Shown: positions 23,364 to 36,762 of the stretch, piece after piece
Numbering within the stretch: position 1 is the stretch's first letter
How the letters are laid out: the number at the start of each line of letters is the position of its first letter
DNA from: Octopus sinensis
Lineage: Eukaryota
DNA: 64,000 nt
Direction of reading: 5' to 3'
Assembly (NCBI RefSeq): GCF_006345805.1
Contig: NC_043011.1
Location: forward strand, 5,704,001 to 5,768,000
Notes under the pieces: model-generated
What the model was told of the DNA's origin: nothing
Database searches by the model: none
What the model saw: the letters and a program-made list of their open reading frames with translations, nothing else
Program-made: the position numbers and the translations under genes

Positions 23364-23576
23364 TCCTTTCTACTATAGGCACAAGGCCTGAAATTTTGGG
23401 GGAGGGGACAAGTTGATTACATCAACCTCAGTATTTCATTAGTATTTAATTCATTGACCCCGAAAGGATGAAGGGCAAAGTCGACCTCAGTGGATTTTGA
23501 ACTCAGAATGTAGTGACAGGCGAAATACCACTAAGCATTTTGTCCAACATGCTAACGATTCTGCCAGCTCACCACC

Positions 23577-23611
<35 letters not shown>

Positions 23612-23615
<4 letters not shown>

Positions 23616-24533
23616 ACCCAAAGAGAACGAATAATGCCAATATTGACAAAGCCCTTACCCATCAATGACTAATGGCTTCTGGCTTAAAATCTGAAACAGA
23701 AGGATTTATCATAGCAGCCCAAGATCAATGTCTACCTACAAGGAACTACCAGGCCAAAATATTAAAGAACAGCAGTTCCCAAATATGTCATGTATGTCAC
23801 AACAAAATAAGACCATTGATCATGTTGTCTCCAAGTGCAGTCTTCTTGCGCCTACAGAGTATCTCAACAGGCATGATAGAGCTGCACAATATATTCACTG
23901 GGTAATTTGCAAAAGCCTGGACTTGCCCCATGATAAAAACTGGTGGGAACACAAACCACCTCCAGTGCTTCAAAATGATCACATCTCACTCCTCTGGTAC
24001 TTCACCATTCAAACTGACAGAAAGATAGATGCAAATAGACTAGGCATTATATTGAAAGACTTCAGACAAAAATCATGCCTCCTCATTGATATGACTGTCC
24101 CCAATCGATATAAACGTATCTGTTAATACCTACCAAAAACTGAGCAAATATAAAGATCTTGAAATAGAAATTAGCAAAATGTGGAACCTGAAGACTAAAA
24201 CAATACCTGCTGGGAATGATAGCAAAAGGGGCTGATTGCTACCTAGATTGCTCTCAAATGGCAGAAATTCAAAAGATAGTGCTCATGGGAACTGCCCATA
24301 TCCTGCATAAAATACTGTCTATGTAATCTCAAATTTTAAAACAAACACATAATTTTCTTATGGTTTCTTAAACATTCTCTAGAACAACACTATGTACAAA
24401 ACCAAATATATGACACCCTAGGCAAAACACCACATGAACTTCTAACCTGTTGTCTCTTGAGGTCTCTGGGTGAGACTTGGAGCCAACTTGTACAAATGTA
24501 AAGCAAAAGTCAAACATAAAATAATAATAATAA
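23612..24533 (+). mobile_element. 5'-truncated R4/Dong-like retrotransposon, copy 2 (different subfamily, frameshifted)
   Basis: GLKSETEGFIIAAQDQCL, DHVVSKC..RHD, LLIDMTVP, KYKDLEIEI; (AAT)n on both sides. Confidence 0.88.
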
Positions 24534-24546
24534 AATTTGAACTGAC

Positions 24547-24663
24547 CTCCTGAGCAATTTTACAAACTACACCTCCAGCCACCTGGGTTCGGTAACTGGC
24601 CTGTGTTAGATCACCATAATGCCACTCCATTGCTTCTTGTTTTTGTGCCTCAGATTTGGGTAC
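24547..24663 (-). CDS. PLEKHA1/2: PLEKHA1/2-like exon, inter-PH linker: VPKSEAQKQEAMEWHYGDLTQASYRTQVAGGVVCKIAQE
   Basis: 117 nt, acceptor TCTTCCAG, donor GTCAGT, phase 0/0; retains VPK and SYRTxxxGGV of TAPP1 (SYRTDIVGGV). Confidence 0.9.
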
Positions 24664-24944
24664 CTGGAAGATTGAATGGGAAGAAATAGATGGAAATGGT
24701 GAATGCAGATCAAAAAATGGTAGAAGAACTGACAGGAAGATAGATAGATGTTGTATGGAGTTGGGATCAAATCAAATCCAATCCTCTACATCATTACAAA
24801 GACAGTCATTCCAGCCCTCTATATCATTACAAAGAATCATTTCAATTTATAGCATTACAGACAGGGTTATTCCATCTCTCGGTACTATTACACAGGCAGT
24901 TATTTCAAACAAAAAAACAAAACAAAAAAAAGTCAAGAAACAAT

Positions 24945-25356
24945 AGGAGTGGCTGTGTGGTAAGTAGTTTGCTTACCAACCACATGGTTCCGGGTTCAGT
25001 TTCACTGCGTGGCACCTTGGGGAAATGTCTTCTACTATAGCCTCGGGCCGACCAAAGCCTTGTGAGTGGATTTGGTAGATGGAAACTGAAAGAAGCCCGT
25101 CGTATATATGTATATATATATATATATGTGCGTGTGTGTTTGTGTCTGTCCCCCTAGCATTGCTTGACAACCGATGCTGGTGTGTTTATGTCCCCGTTAC
25201 TTAGCGGTTCGGCAAAAGAGACCGATAGAATAAGTACTGCGCTTACAAAAGAATAAGTCCCGGGGTCAAGTTGCTCGATTAAAGGCAGTGCTCCAGCATG
25301 GCCGCAGTCAAATGACTGAAACAAGTAAAAGAGTAAAAGAGTAAAAGAGTAAAAAG
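24945..25356 (+). mobile_element. SINE family A
   Basis: Same consensus, GTAAAAGA tail repeats. Confidence 0.92.
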
Positions 25357-28049
25357 ATTGTTAAATAATACCATCTTCTACAACGAGCCACCCTTCTCTG
25401 GTACCAAGTGTCTTTTTTTACTTCTGAATTCCAAAAACCTCTAACTACATAATTATCATTCTTTCCACAAAAATTGCTCAGAAGTAAAATCGAGAGAGAG
25501 AGAGAAAGAGAGAATCTACACAGCATTTGTATCACATACAGAGTAGACTTGTTAAATAATGACCATCATTATATAACCTAATTATTATTTATTGATATAA
25601 TAACTATAATTAGTGGTGGTATAATATACGCAAGATAGGCATTAATTATCTTGTTGTCCACTCCAGCTTATTGTAAATGTAATTTTGGTAATGTCAGAAG
25701 AATAAAAGCGAAGGATAAGAAATTGCTTTTCTATAAAAGTCTTAGAGTAAGTTGAAAACAGATTTAGTAGCAGATCTCATTCAGAGAGTGTGTGTGTGTG
25801 TGTCTGTCTGTTGCAAGCTTAATCTTTTTGATGCCAACCCACCTAAGACCACCCCTCTTGTGTTTTTTTAAATGATCTAAATTCTAACCTTCCATTCAAA
25901 ATTCAGTGTTACTGTTCCAAACCCAATTGATTAATTGCAATTATTTTGCTAAGTTCTTCATTATTTTCAAAATTAAATTTAATGAAAGGTTTCATGTAAA
26001 AAGGTCTCAGTCCACTCTGTAAAATGGTTGGCATTAGGAAGGGCATCCAGCCATGGACACCATGACAAAACAAACCAAGTGGAGCCTGGTGCAGCTCTCC
26101 AGCCTCGCCAGCTCCTGTTAACCCATCAAACTCAAACCAGCATAGGAAACGGACATTAAATGATGATGATGATGATGAGTATATTTCAGTAGAAATAAGG
26201 ATTAAAGGCTCATTAGACTGGAGTTTGTCCTGTTTTTTTTCTGGTGTGGGAAGGGGTGGTTAAGTGTCTGAAAGTACAAAACTAACCCCTGGACAGGATG
26301 TTAGTCCATCAAAGATTAAACTTACTGCCACCTGCTGGTACTCATTTTCACCTGAATGAACTGAAGCAACATTAAGTGCCTTGCTCAAGAATAGAACACA
26401 TTGCACAACCTGCGAATTGAACCCACAACCTTAATGTTTGTGAATCCAATACCAAAACCACTAGGTCAGGCACCGAATGGTTTGGCAATGTCAGAATTGG
26501 CAGTATTAGACAAAATGCCTTGTGGTATTTAAGTCTGTCCATACTCTAAATCCATTTCCCTTCTCAATCAGGCCAACTTTAGCCTTCATCCTTCCAAAAT
26601 CAAAATAAGTAGCCTTCAAGAACTAAGGGTGATCCAATTAACTAAAAACCCTTCGAGATCAAGCCCCAGCATGGCCACAGTCCAAAGACAGGAATCAGTA
26701 AAAGAATATAAACAACTCTGTGGTAGCTATTGAGAACTAGATGGAATTGGTAGTTGAGAGTCATGTATGGTGGCCATGAACAAAACACCATGTCAGTGTA
26801 GTGTCACAAAAGGAAACCATCAACTCCTCAATTGTTATCCTAGCAATGTTGACCATCCATACTTTTTTGTCTTTATTGTATAAATATATTGTAATTCAGG
26901 TTACGGATATTTTAGTTGCTTAAATGTGTTCAGTTCAAGCAGAGACAGGCTGAAGAGTGTCTACATCTACCTTGGCTGTTGTTTAAAACTGGGTCGACAG
27001 CCTGAAATGTCACTGGTTTTGATGTCAATTATGAAATGGTAGTCAACCACCTGTACACGACATGATACGTGACTAAAGTTGCTGTGTGAAAATAGGTGTG
27101 GCAAGAAGATTGCTTCCCAACCCAATGGCTTCAGGTTCAATTCAACTACATGGCACCTTAGCTATGTATCTTTTACTATGTCAGCAGGCTGATCAAAGCC
27201 TCGTGAGTGGATATGACAGGTGCAAACTGAAGGACAGCCATCATGTGTGTATGTGTGTGTGTCCGTGTGTTATTGTCCCTTTGCTTTGGCATTATGTGAC
27301 AGGTGTAAACAAGCGTCACTGACATGGGGAAATATTACCTGACTTGGAAACAGACAAGGGTTTGTGACAGGAAGGGCACCTGGTTGTCAAAAATCTGCCT
27401 CACTACCTATCCAGCTCGACACGGGTTCTCTATAACTGAATGCAATAACATTTTCACTGATAATCCATTCTGGTTAAGCATTCAAATGCACTTGGAACAC
27501 CCAATGCAGGGCTCCAAGCAATCATAATGGTGAAACGTATCTAGGAACGAATAATACACACCTATATTTATCTGAATTACACACACATGCATGCACACAC
27601 ACACACACACACACAAAGTTTACTATTCTGTTAAGGTAGGATCAACAAAAAAAGTACTCCATCCAGTGAGAGGTAAATATCATTTGATTGAGTTCCTTTC
27701 AAGTGTAGGGCCTTGTGGAGGCAATGACCAAGCCCTTTGGCATTATGTTGTGCTTGAGAAAAAGACCCATCAAGCTGAGCAAAATCGCAGTCGTGGCAGA
27801 TACCGGAGTCACACAAATGGCACTCGTGCCAGTGGCATGTAAAAGCACCCATTACACTCTTGGAGTGGTTGGCGTTAGGAAGGGCATCCAGCTGTAGAAA
27901 CCTTGCCAGATCAGATTGGAGCCCAGTGCAGCCTCCTGGCTTGCCAGTCCTCAGCCAAACCATCCAACCCATGCCAGCATGGAAAGCAGATGTTAAACAA
28001 CGATGCTGATGATGATATATATATATATAAATATACACACACACATATA

Positions 28050-29762
28050 TCTATAAACTACTATAGTCAAACAATCTGCCAGAAATTGTAGCTAAATCAT
28101 ACACTGCAATTTAAAAAAAAAAAACAAGTAAAAAATATATTGGACAGCGTAATCCTAGATACATGTTGCCTGAAAATAAAATGTGATGGCCATGGATGGA
28201 ATACTTTTTGATGACTGATCTGCCTTCATAAATGACCCTTCTTGCAAGTGAAACATTTTTTCTTTTTGTTTTAAATAGGTTAAATAGTAGCTACCTAAAT
28301 GAATCTTATAAATTAAAAAGGCAAGTTGTCTGTCTGCATAACTGAATTTCACCAAATTTGACATGTGCGCTCTCTTTGACTTAGGACACATTTTCTTATA
28401 ATTTTTTTCCTTGAAATTGTGCATCCTCAACATAAATAGACTACTCTCAATTTGCCTAGGATTTGGCTTGAGCCAGCAAAAAAAACGTGACACACACCCA
28501 GCCGGAAAAAAATCAATGCTTTACTTTGTCAGCTGTGGTGAGCTCTTATTGACTGCTTGCACAGTACTGCCAGCAGTATTCATTTGTGAGTTACAATTTG
28601 CCTCTGTTTTTACGTGAGCACTCTTTTACTTATAATTATTCCAACTTAAATTAGCCACTTCAAAACTCTTACCCAAAATTAAAAATCCTAAATTTGGTCA
28701 ACATTTTTGCCAACTACATTTTACTATTTTTGGGGTGCTACACATTCACCGCTTTTTCCTGAGGACTTTTTCTATTGCGGAAACTGATAATTGTCCACCA
28801 TGCCTCGATGCAAAAGATCCAATATAGGTCAGCAAACAAATGCTGCAAAGAAAAGTAGGCGTATGCGTGCAAATGAATCTGCTGGGGACGCCACCAGGAG
28901 GAACTCTCAATGCACTTAGGATGGCTTCAGTGTGAAGAAGGGAAAGTGAAGAGAAGCGTTGTGATCAGTTAGCATGTATTGCTGTGCAATGAACAGCAAC
29001 GAGCAACGTTCAGCATGCCGAACAATAAATGCTTCCTCTACTGCTGCTGCACGAGCATCAGAGACTGCAGCACAACGTGCAGTTCAACTTACAAGAGATG
29101 CTTCCTCAACTGCTGTTGCACGAGCTGCAGAGACTGCAGCACAATGCACAGATCGACTTACAAGAGATGCTGCAGCAACTGCTGCTGCGTGCGCTACAGA
29201 GACTACAGGGGAAAGACAACTACGGATGTTGCTCTTTGCGGCAGAAAACATCGGGTAACCATACCCTTGTCACCTTATTTATTTCATTAGCGTAATCTTC
29301 ACAGTGTGCTCTCCGTTAAGTGCGCCCCAATCTTGAGGTAGATACTACACTTTTCATCTTTTTTGCACAGGCCACACGTCAAATTTTTTGTTCAGATAAT
29401 GCTGTATGTGCAACCCAGTGAAAGAGCAGGTAAACATACTATTTCTCTTTATGTCATATCGTTAGGCTCAACCTTTCCATCTGCTAAACAGCACACATCA
29501 GCAGTTATGTGGTAAGCAAAATAAACTCAATTACTGCCAGTTTTTTACAGATCTACCAACTGTCCAAATGGAAAACAATGACAATGGTGTGGGCATATGA
29601 CTCTGCGTATTCACTATTGCGCTCAATAAATCAAACAACGCAGGGAACTTCTGCCATTATGATTCCTTTCATTCAGTTCAGAGGTGCAGCGGTGAATGCT
29701 CTAATAACCAAACAGGCATACTTAACAAACAGTTCCGGGCAACGCCGGGTACACCTGCTTGT
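28050..29762 (+). mobile_element. Helitron remnant with decayed RepHel N-terminus
   Basis: ATG at 28800 gives MPRCKRSNIGQQTNAAKKSRRMRANES; 23-aa (69-nt) repeats ASSTAAARASETAAQRAVQLTRD at 29031-29230; 3' CCGGGCAACGCCGGG hairpin then CTTGT (degenerate CTAGT); 5' end approximate. Confidence 0.7.
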
Positions 29763-29873
29763 ACTTTATAAATAGCCTCTTTGTAAACATACATACACAC
29801 AGATGTACAAACACACATGCACATACATATACACACACACATGTATATACACACACACACACAGACATATATA

Positions 29874-30645
29874 TATTTCTTTACTACCCACAAGGGGCTA
29901 AACACAGAGGAGACAAACAAGGACAGACAAAGGGATTAAGTCGATTACATCGACCCCAGTGCATAACTGGTACTTAATTTATCGACCCCGGAAGGATGAA
30001 AGGCAAAGTCAACCTTGACGGAATTTGAACTCAGAACATAACGGCAGACGAAATACCTATTTCTTTACTACCCACAAGGGGCTAAACACAGAGGAGACAA
30101 ACAAGGACAGACAAAGGGATTAAGTCGATTACATCGACCCCAGTGCGTAACTGGTACTTAATTTATCGACCCCGGAAGGATGAAAGGCAAAGTCAACCTT
30201 GACGGAATTTGAACTCAGAACATAACGGCAGACGAAATACCTATTTCTTTACTACCCACAAGGGGCTAAACACAGAGGAGACAAACAAGGACAGACAAAG
30301 GGATTAAGTCGATTACATCGACCCCAGTGCGTAACTGGTACTTAATTTATCGACCCCGGAAGGATGAAGGCAAAGTCAACCTTGACGGAATTTGAACTCA
30401 GAACATAACGGCAGACGAAATACCTATTTCTTTACTACCCACAAGGGGCTAAACACAGAGGAGACAAACAAGGACAGACAAAGGGATTAAGTCGATTACA
30501 TCGACCCCAGTGCATAACTGGTACTTAATTTATTGACCCCGGAAGGATGAAAGGCAAAGTCGACCTCAGCGGAATTTGAACTCAGAACATAACGGCAGAC
30601 GAAATACGGCTACGCATTTCGCCCGGCGCACTAACGTGTCTGCCA
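29874..30645 (-). repeat. Head-to-tail tetramer of SINE-B (184-bp period)
   Basis: Units start at 29874, 30058, 30242 and 30425; only the last carries the head. Confidence 0.95.
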
Positions 30646-31084
30646 CATATATATACACACACACATATACAAACACATATATATACATACAAACACATAT
30701 ACGCACACGCACATGTAAATGCACACACAAATGTATATTTTTTAATGCATATGCATGTGTGTGTGTGCAGTCACAGTCGCCCCCCTCCCCCACCATAGTG
30801 GGGGGGTTAGTTACTGTTGTTTCTACAATGATTGACAGTTGCTACAAGTTACAATTTAAAAAAAAACAACAACAACAACCACTACAACAGCAGCCGAAGC
30901 ACAGCGCTTGTTACTGTTGCAAGTCCAGTCTGCTATGACAATCCTTCTGTACAAGTGACATTTCTAACAGGCCTTATTAAAATCTTATTAAGCTTAATTG
31001 ATGTGACATTTCTAAACTACCCACTTTCATTAGACACTATTAAGTTATATAGCCTTTTACACTTGCTCCACAAAATACAGACAT

Positions 31085-31132
31085 ACAATATATATACACA
31101 TATGTATATACATGTATATACATGTATATACA

Positions 31133-31171
<39 letters not shown>

Positions 31172-31173
31172 GT

Positions 31174-31212
<39 letters not shown>

Positions 31213-31399
31213 GTATATATATTATATATGTATATATATATGTATATTATATGTATATATATATATATATATGTTATATATATATATATGTATATATATG
31301 TATATATACATATGTATATATACATACGTGTATATATATATACATACGTGTGTGTGTGTGTGTATATATACATACATATATATATATATATACACACAC

Positions 31400-31470
<71 letters not shown>

Positions 31471-31480
31471 AATATATATT
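31085..31480. repeat. Compound (AT)n/(AC)n/(GT)n microsatellite
   Basis: Direct reading. Confidence 0.97.
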
Positions 31481-31791
31481 TTACAGTCAGGCACTAAATG
31501 ACACACCCACTAGATACTCCTCCCATTATTCCCTGATAATAAAGGCACAATGGAGGCCTTTCATCTTTCTCTCTCTCTCTCTTTCTTCCTCTTTCTCACC
31601 CCCCCCCCGGACCAACATCTTTCTGTTCTCTTCTCCTCCTCAGTGAAACCAGGCTTATTACAAGTGCCTCTCTCCTCACACTCCACTCCCGCCTTCCCAA
31701 AATGAAACAAGATTTATTAGTTTAGACACATTACACTCACACACACAGAGTCTATCTATCTCTCTCTCACACGTACACATGTATGTTAGTG

Positions 31792-31822
<31 letters not shown>

Positions 31823-33367
31823 CACACAGATCCTTGTCTTTTCTGTTTTCGGTCTTTATTTCCTACTAAACCTCTCACATCAATGAGAGAGACCAAAGTG
31901 GTCATTCACCTTGCTTGAAACAGCAGCCTAATCTCCCTGTAATATATCAGGTAGAATTGTGCTACTCCTAAAACGTCAGAGTGGTCATGACTGGAATGTC
32001 TCTCATCATCGGTCAACTCAACCAGAGTTGTCCTCGTGTTAAACAACAACTTAGTATGTAAGATAATCAACAGAGCCACTTTTAACCATTTGGCCTGCTA
32101 AAAATAGTAGCTAAAACTCCTTCAAACTCAAACCTATTGTTTTAAGACAAGGTACATATAGATAATGTAGTCTAAGATACACTATGACTGAATAAAAACA
32201 GATTGGTGGGAGGGGGGCCAAAAGGGTTCTCAGAGAGAGGCATCTCTGCCTTCCTGAGCTAGTTTTCCTTCCACCACATTTCTTAAAAATCGTGGTAGAG
32301 GCCTTGATCTCAGAATCACTCATGTCTAGAAACTGAGGTTGGGGGTAAGCAAGGGCCTGCTCCCTGTAGAAAATCCAGCTCTAAAAAAAGCCTCATGATA
32401 GCAAGGGAGAATGGGCACCCGCCAGCCCAAAGGTTGGGGTGGACTGCACCTGCCTATCTTGGTTGCTATGGCATTGAGGTTAACAGGAACAAAACTTGGA
32501 TTTAAAACACTGGATGATGATGGTCATGATTAGAGGGGCTGAACAACAAAGTCAGACATTTTGTGTGTACTTTGGTAACCTTTAATTCTGAGTCAGTGTT
32601 TGTTTCTTTAGGGAATAAATTTCACCTACTGAGGGGAAGGAGCAGACACAATTCGCATACAGGGGGTAGAAGTGGCTAAGTAGCAAGGAGTTTGCTTTCC
32701 AACCACATGGTTCCGGGTTCAGTCCCACTGCGTGGTACCTTGGGCAAGTGACTTCTACTATATCCTTGGGCTGACCAAAGTCTTGTGAGTGGATTTGGTA
32801 GATGGAAACTGAAAGAAGTCTGTTGTGTGTGTGTGTGTGTGTGTGTGTCACCACTGCTTGACAACCAGTGTTGGTTTGTTTACATCCCTGTAACTTTATG
32901 ATTCCACAAAAGAGGCTGACGGAATAAGGACCAGGCTTCAAAAAAAGAAGTACTAGGGTCAATTCATCTAACTTAAAATCCTCCGAGGTGGTACCCCAGC
33001 ATGGCCACAGTCTAATGACTGAAACAAATAAAAGAAACAAGATATGTTGCGGGGTGGATGTGTCAATATACATACTGGGGGGTGGGGGACATAACCGTTT
33101 TTTGAGGGGGAAAAGGTTATTTTAGTTAGCACTAAATAAACAGCTTCGAAATCCTTTATTTTTATTCCAAGAGGAATTGGTTTCAAATATCAGAGAGCAA
33201 AATAATAAATCAGTATAAATTTGGTTTCCTTTTTGTTTAGTTTCACATAAGCTCCTGATCCATCAGAGATGTTCCAGCTGTGGCCATCCTGTCTTTTACT
33301 TAGATTCAGTGATCAAAGGGGTTCTAACAGTGACCATCCCACCTTTTATTCAAACATAGCTTATATA

Positions 33368-33770
33368 GGCACAGGAGTGGCTGTGTGGTAAGTAGTTTGT
33401 TTACCAACCACATGGTTCTGGGTTCAGTCCCACTGCGTGGCACCTTGGGCAAGTGTCTTCTACTATAGCTTCGGGCCAACCAAAGCCTTGTGAGTGGATT
33501 TGGTAGACGGAAACTGAAAGAAACCCGTCGTACATATATATATATATATGTATGTGCGTGTATGTTTGTATGTCTGTGTTTGTCCCCCTAACATTGCTTG
33601 ACAACCGATGCTGGTGTGTTTATGTCCCCTTAACTTAGTGGTTCGGCAAAAGAGACCGATAGAATAAGTACTGGGCTTACAAAGAATAAGTCCCGGGGTC
33701 GAGTTGCTCGATTAAAGGCGGTGCTCCAGCATGGCCGCAGTCAAATGACTGAAACAAGTAAAAAGAAAAA
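33368..33770 (+). mobile_element. SINE family A
   Basis: Same consensus; an older copy lies at about 32668-33035. Confidence 0.9.
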
Positions 33771-34159
33771 AAGAAGGAAAAAGATAGGACTGCATTATTT
33801 ATTGTTAGGGTTAGTTATTGTTTAGCCCCAGGTCAGTTCCTGATTCAGCAAACTCATAATCAAAAATGCGCCAACCATGACCACCACATCTTCTATTTAG
33901 GCATAGTATATCTATGACTACATCATCTAATGTGTCCTTCATTGTTGTTTAATCTCATGTCAAACCTGATCCACCAAAGCAATGATCAATGGTGTTCTAG
34001 CCATGACCATCCCATCTTTTATTCAGAAACAGAGGTGAATCAACAAAAGGACCCGACCTGGGAGTCCTAATCCTTCCATCACTCCATCCGTTTCCCACCC
34101 ATCCCCACCCTACTTCCTCTACAGAAAAACAAAAAAACAAAAACACTATAGATACTTAC

Positions 34160-34257
34160 AATAATTTTACTAGCATTGTTGAGGACATCAATCCACTTGT
34201 TCATGTCTGTCTGGTCCTCCGCTTGTAGAAAATAACGCTGACCAGCAAAGTTGACCA
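34160..34257 (-). CDS. PLEKHA1/2: PLEKHA1/2-like exon, PH1 C-terminal helix: (V)VNFAGQRYFLQAEDQTDMNKWIDVLNNASKII
   Basis: 98 nt, acceptor TCTTTCAG, donor GTAAGT, phase 1/0; PH-domain YFLQA...W signature, matches TAPP1 [26 protein letters not shown]. Confidence 0.95.
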
Positions 34258-36716
34258 CTGAAAGATAATAATAATAATAATAATAATAATACATCCGATT
34301 GTGGCCATTGCCAGCCTCGCCTGGTCCCCGTGCCAATGGTACATAAAAAGCACCATCCGATCATGGCCGTTTGCCAGCCTCGTCTGGCACGTAAAAGCAT
34401 CCACTACACTCATGGAGTGGTTGGCGTTAAGAAGGGCATCCAGCCATAGAAACATTGCCAGATCAGACTGGAGCCTGGTACAGCCACCTGGCTTCCCAGA
34501 CCCCCGTTGAACCATCCAACCCATGCTAGCATAGAAAACAGACGCTAAACGATGATGATGAATGGTTTCAAATTCTGCCACAAGGGCAGCAATTTTGGTG
34601 GGGAGGGGATGAGTTGATTACATTGACCCCCCCCCCTCCTTTGTGTTCAACTGGTACTTATTTTATTGACCCCCAAAAGGATGAAAGGCAAAGTTTGACC
34701 TCAGCAGAATTTGAACTCATAATGGAGTGACAGGTGAAATACCACAAAGCATTTCGTCCAGCGCAGTATCAATTCTGCCAGCACACCACCTTAACTAATA
34801 ATAAAGATAATAATAAATGTCCTGATGCAGTACCAAAACATGGGTGTTTTGTTCAACATCCTTAAACAACCCTTATTCAGGGACCTTTAGAGTAAGATGG
34901 GCTACTTGACCTTAATAAACTTCAAGCTGGGTCCCTACCTGCAAGGTCATGCACTGTTTATTTTGATATGAGGTAGGTCACCAGGTTGTGCACAAATGGC
35001 AGTGATGCATGTGCCTGATGTACCCTTATCAGACAGGTAGTCATGATGGGTATATTGGGCTTCATATATTTGTACCCCAGTGTCACTTTGATGGTTTGTG
35101 CTGCTCTCTCACTCAATAATAATAATAATAATAATAATAAATTTAATAACCATGTTCCATGCTGGCATGGGCTGGATGGTTTCACAAGATCTGATGGGTC
35201 CAAGGACTAAATTGTGCTCTGGTGTCTGCTTTGGCATGGCTTCTATGGCTTGATGCCCTTCTTAATGCCAACCACTTTACAACATGGAATGGGTGACATT
35301 TTTATGTCACCAGCAGCAATAACAATAATAATAATGGTTTCTGGTTTAGGCACAAGACCAGCAAATCTGATAACATCAACCCCAGTCCTTAACAGGTGCT
35401 TTATTTTATCGACCCTGAAGGAATGAAAGCAAAGTTGACATTGGCAGGGTTTGAACTCAGAAACTAAAGAGTTGGAATAAATACTGGAAACCATTTTTTG
35501 TAATGCTTTAACAATTCTGTCAGCTAACGACCTTTAAAAGTGGTTTCTAATTTAGGTACAAGAGCAGCATTTTTCCAGGAGCTGGGTTAGTCAATACCAC
35601 TGACCCTTAATAATTGGCTAAAACTTTATTCTATCAACCTTTGGAAGAGAAAGGAAAAGTTGATCTCAGCCAGATTTGAACTCGGAATGTAAAGAACCGG
35701 AATAAATACAGCAACGTTTTTTTCTTCTTCTTTTTTCTTACTTTTTAATGTTCTATTGATTCTACCAATCCACTGTGCAAATGAGTTCAAATCACACCAG
35801 GGCCAACTTTGATTTTCATCCTCTCAGGGGTCAATAAATAAAATAACAATCCCAGACAGTATAATTGCAGTGTCTCTTCCAACAACAAGTGGCACTCTGT
35901 CGATTATGGTAATAAGGGTTCCAGTTAATCTGATCAACCCATGAAATTAACATGCAAATGGCTGAGCACTCCACAGACACATGTACCCTTAACATAGTTC
36001 TGAGGGAGACTCAGTGTGCCACAGAATGTGACGAGGCTGACAATTTGAAGTGCAGGTACAATTCATTTTGGCCAGCTGAGTGGACTGGAGCAAAGTGAAA
36101 TAAGGGGTCTTCCTCCAGGACACAATGCACCATCAGGATTCGAACTCAGAACCTTACAATCGCAAACTGAACAGCCTAACCATTAAGCCATACACTTTCA
36201 CTGCCCAACAACAGCTGCCAGGTTTAAGTACTGAATCCCAGAAGACATGGTCACAAGTGCACACTTTGAACATTGCCTCAGTCTATTTGGCTGGCAAACT
36301 GGTTTCACTTCTGCCACAAGATTAAGTGATTAGAAATAAGAGAAGCAGTCAACTACGAAAAAAAAAAATTATTGCCCCAGTTTTAAATAAAACTACCTCA
36401 TGCTTCCAGGTTAGAACTGAAAACAGAATTGATCGGGAAAAGAAGAAAAAAACTTTTTTTTAAATTAAAGAAAAAATCTAAAAGAATGTTAAGAATTAAA
36501 CTGTTGATTCCTTTTTGATAAAATAAATTTAAGAATGAAATAATTCTACAATTTCTGAATTCCATAAACTTTCCATTTTCAAAGTAATGAATATGCATAA
36601 AATTAACCGCACCCTAATTAGTTTAATTGGCAGTGGTGTAGTAATTATGCACACATTAAGTTAGATATTTTAACTAAATTGTTGAAGAAAAGAGACGAGT
36701 ACAAAAGGTAACATAC

Positions 36717-36762
36717 CAAAGCAGAAGTCAACCTTGGGTCGGAGTTTACGAGCATCACTGAC
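36717..36762 (-). CDS. PLEKHA1/2: PLEKHA1/2-like exon, PH1: VSDARKLRPKVDFCF(V)
   Basis: 46 nt, acceptor TTTTCTCCAG, donor GTATGT, phase 0/1; close to TAPP1 VSDATKLRPKAEFCF. Confidence 0.93.

Noticed and set aside
29874-30645. CRISPR-like or tRNA-gene interpretations of regular repeats and tRNA-like heads
   Set aside because: Eukaryotic context, no unique spacers; tRNA-like segments are SINE heads lacking complete cloverleafs.
31085-31646. Long ORFs rich in Y/I/C/V/H/T (30832-31497, 31112-31501, 31122-31646 and others)
   Set aside because: Translations of (AT)n/(AC)n microsatellite, which lacks stops in several frames.
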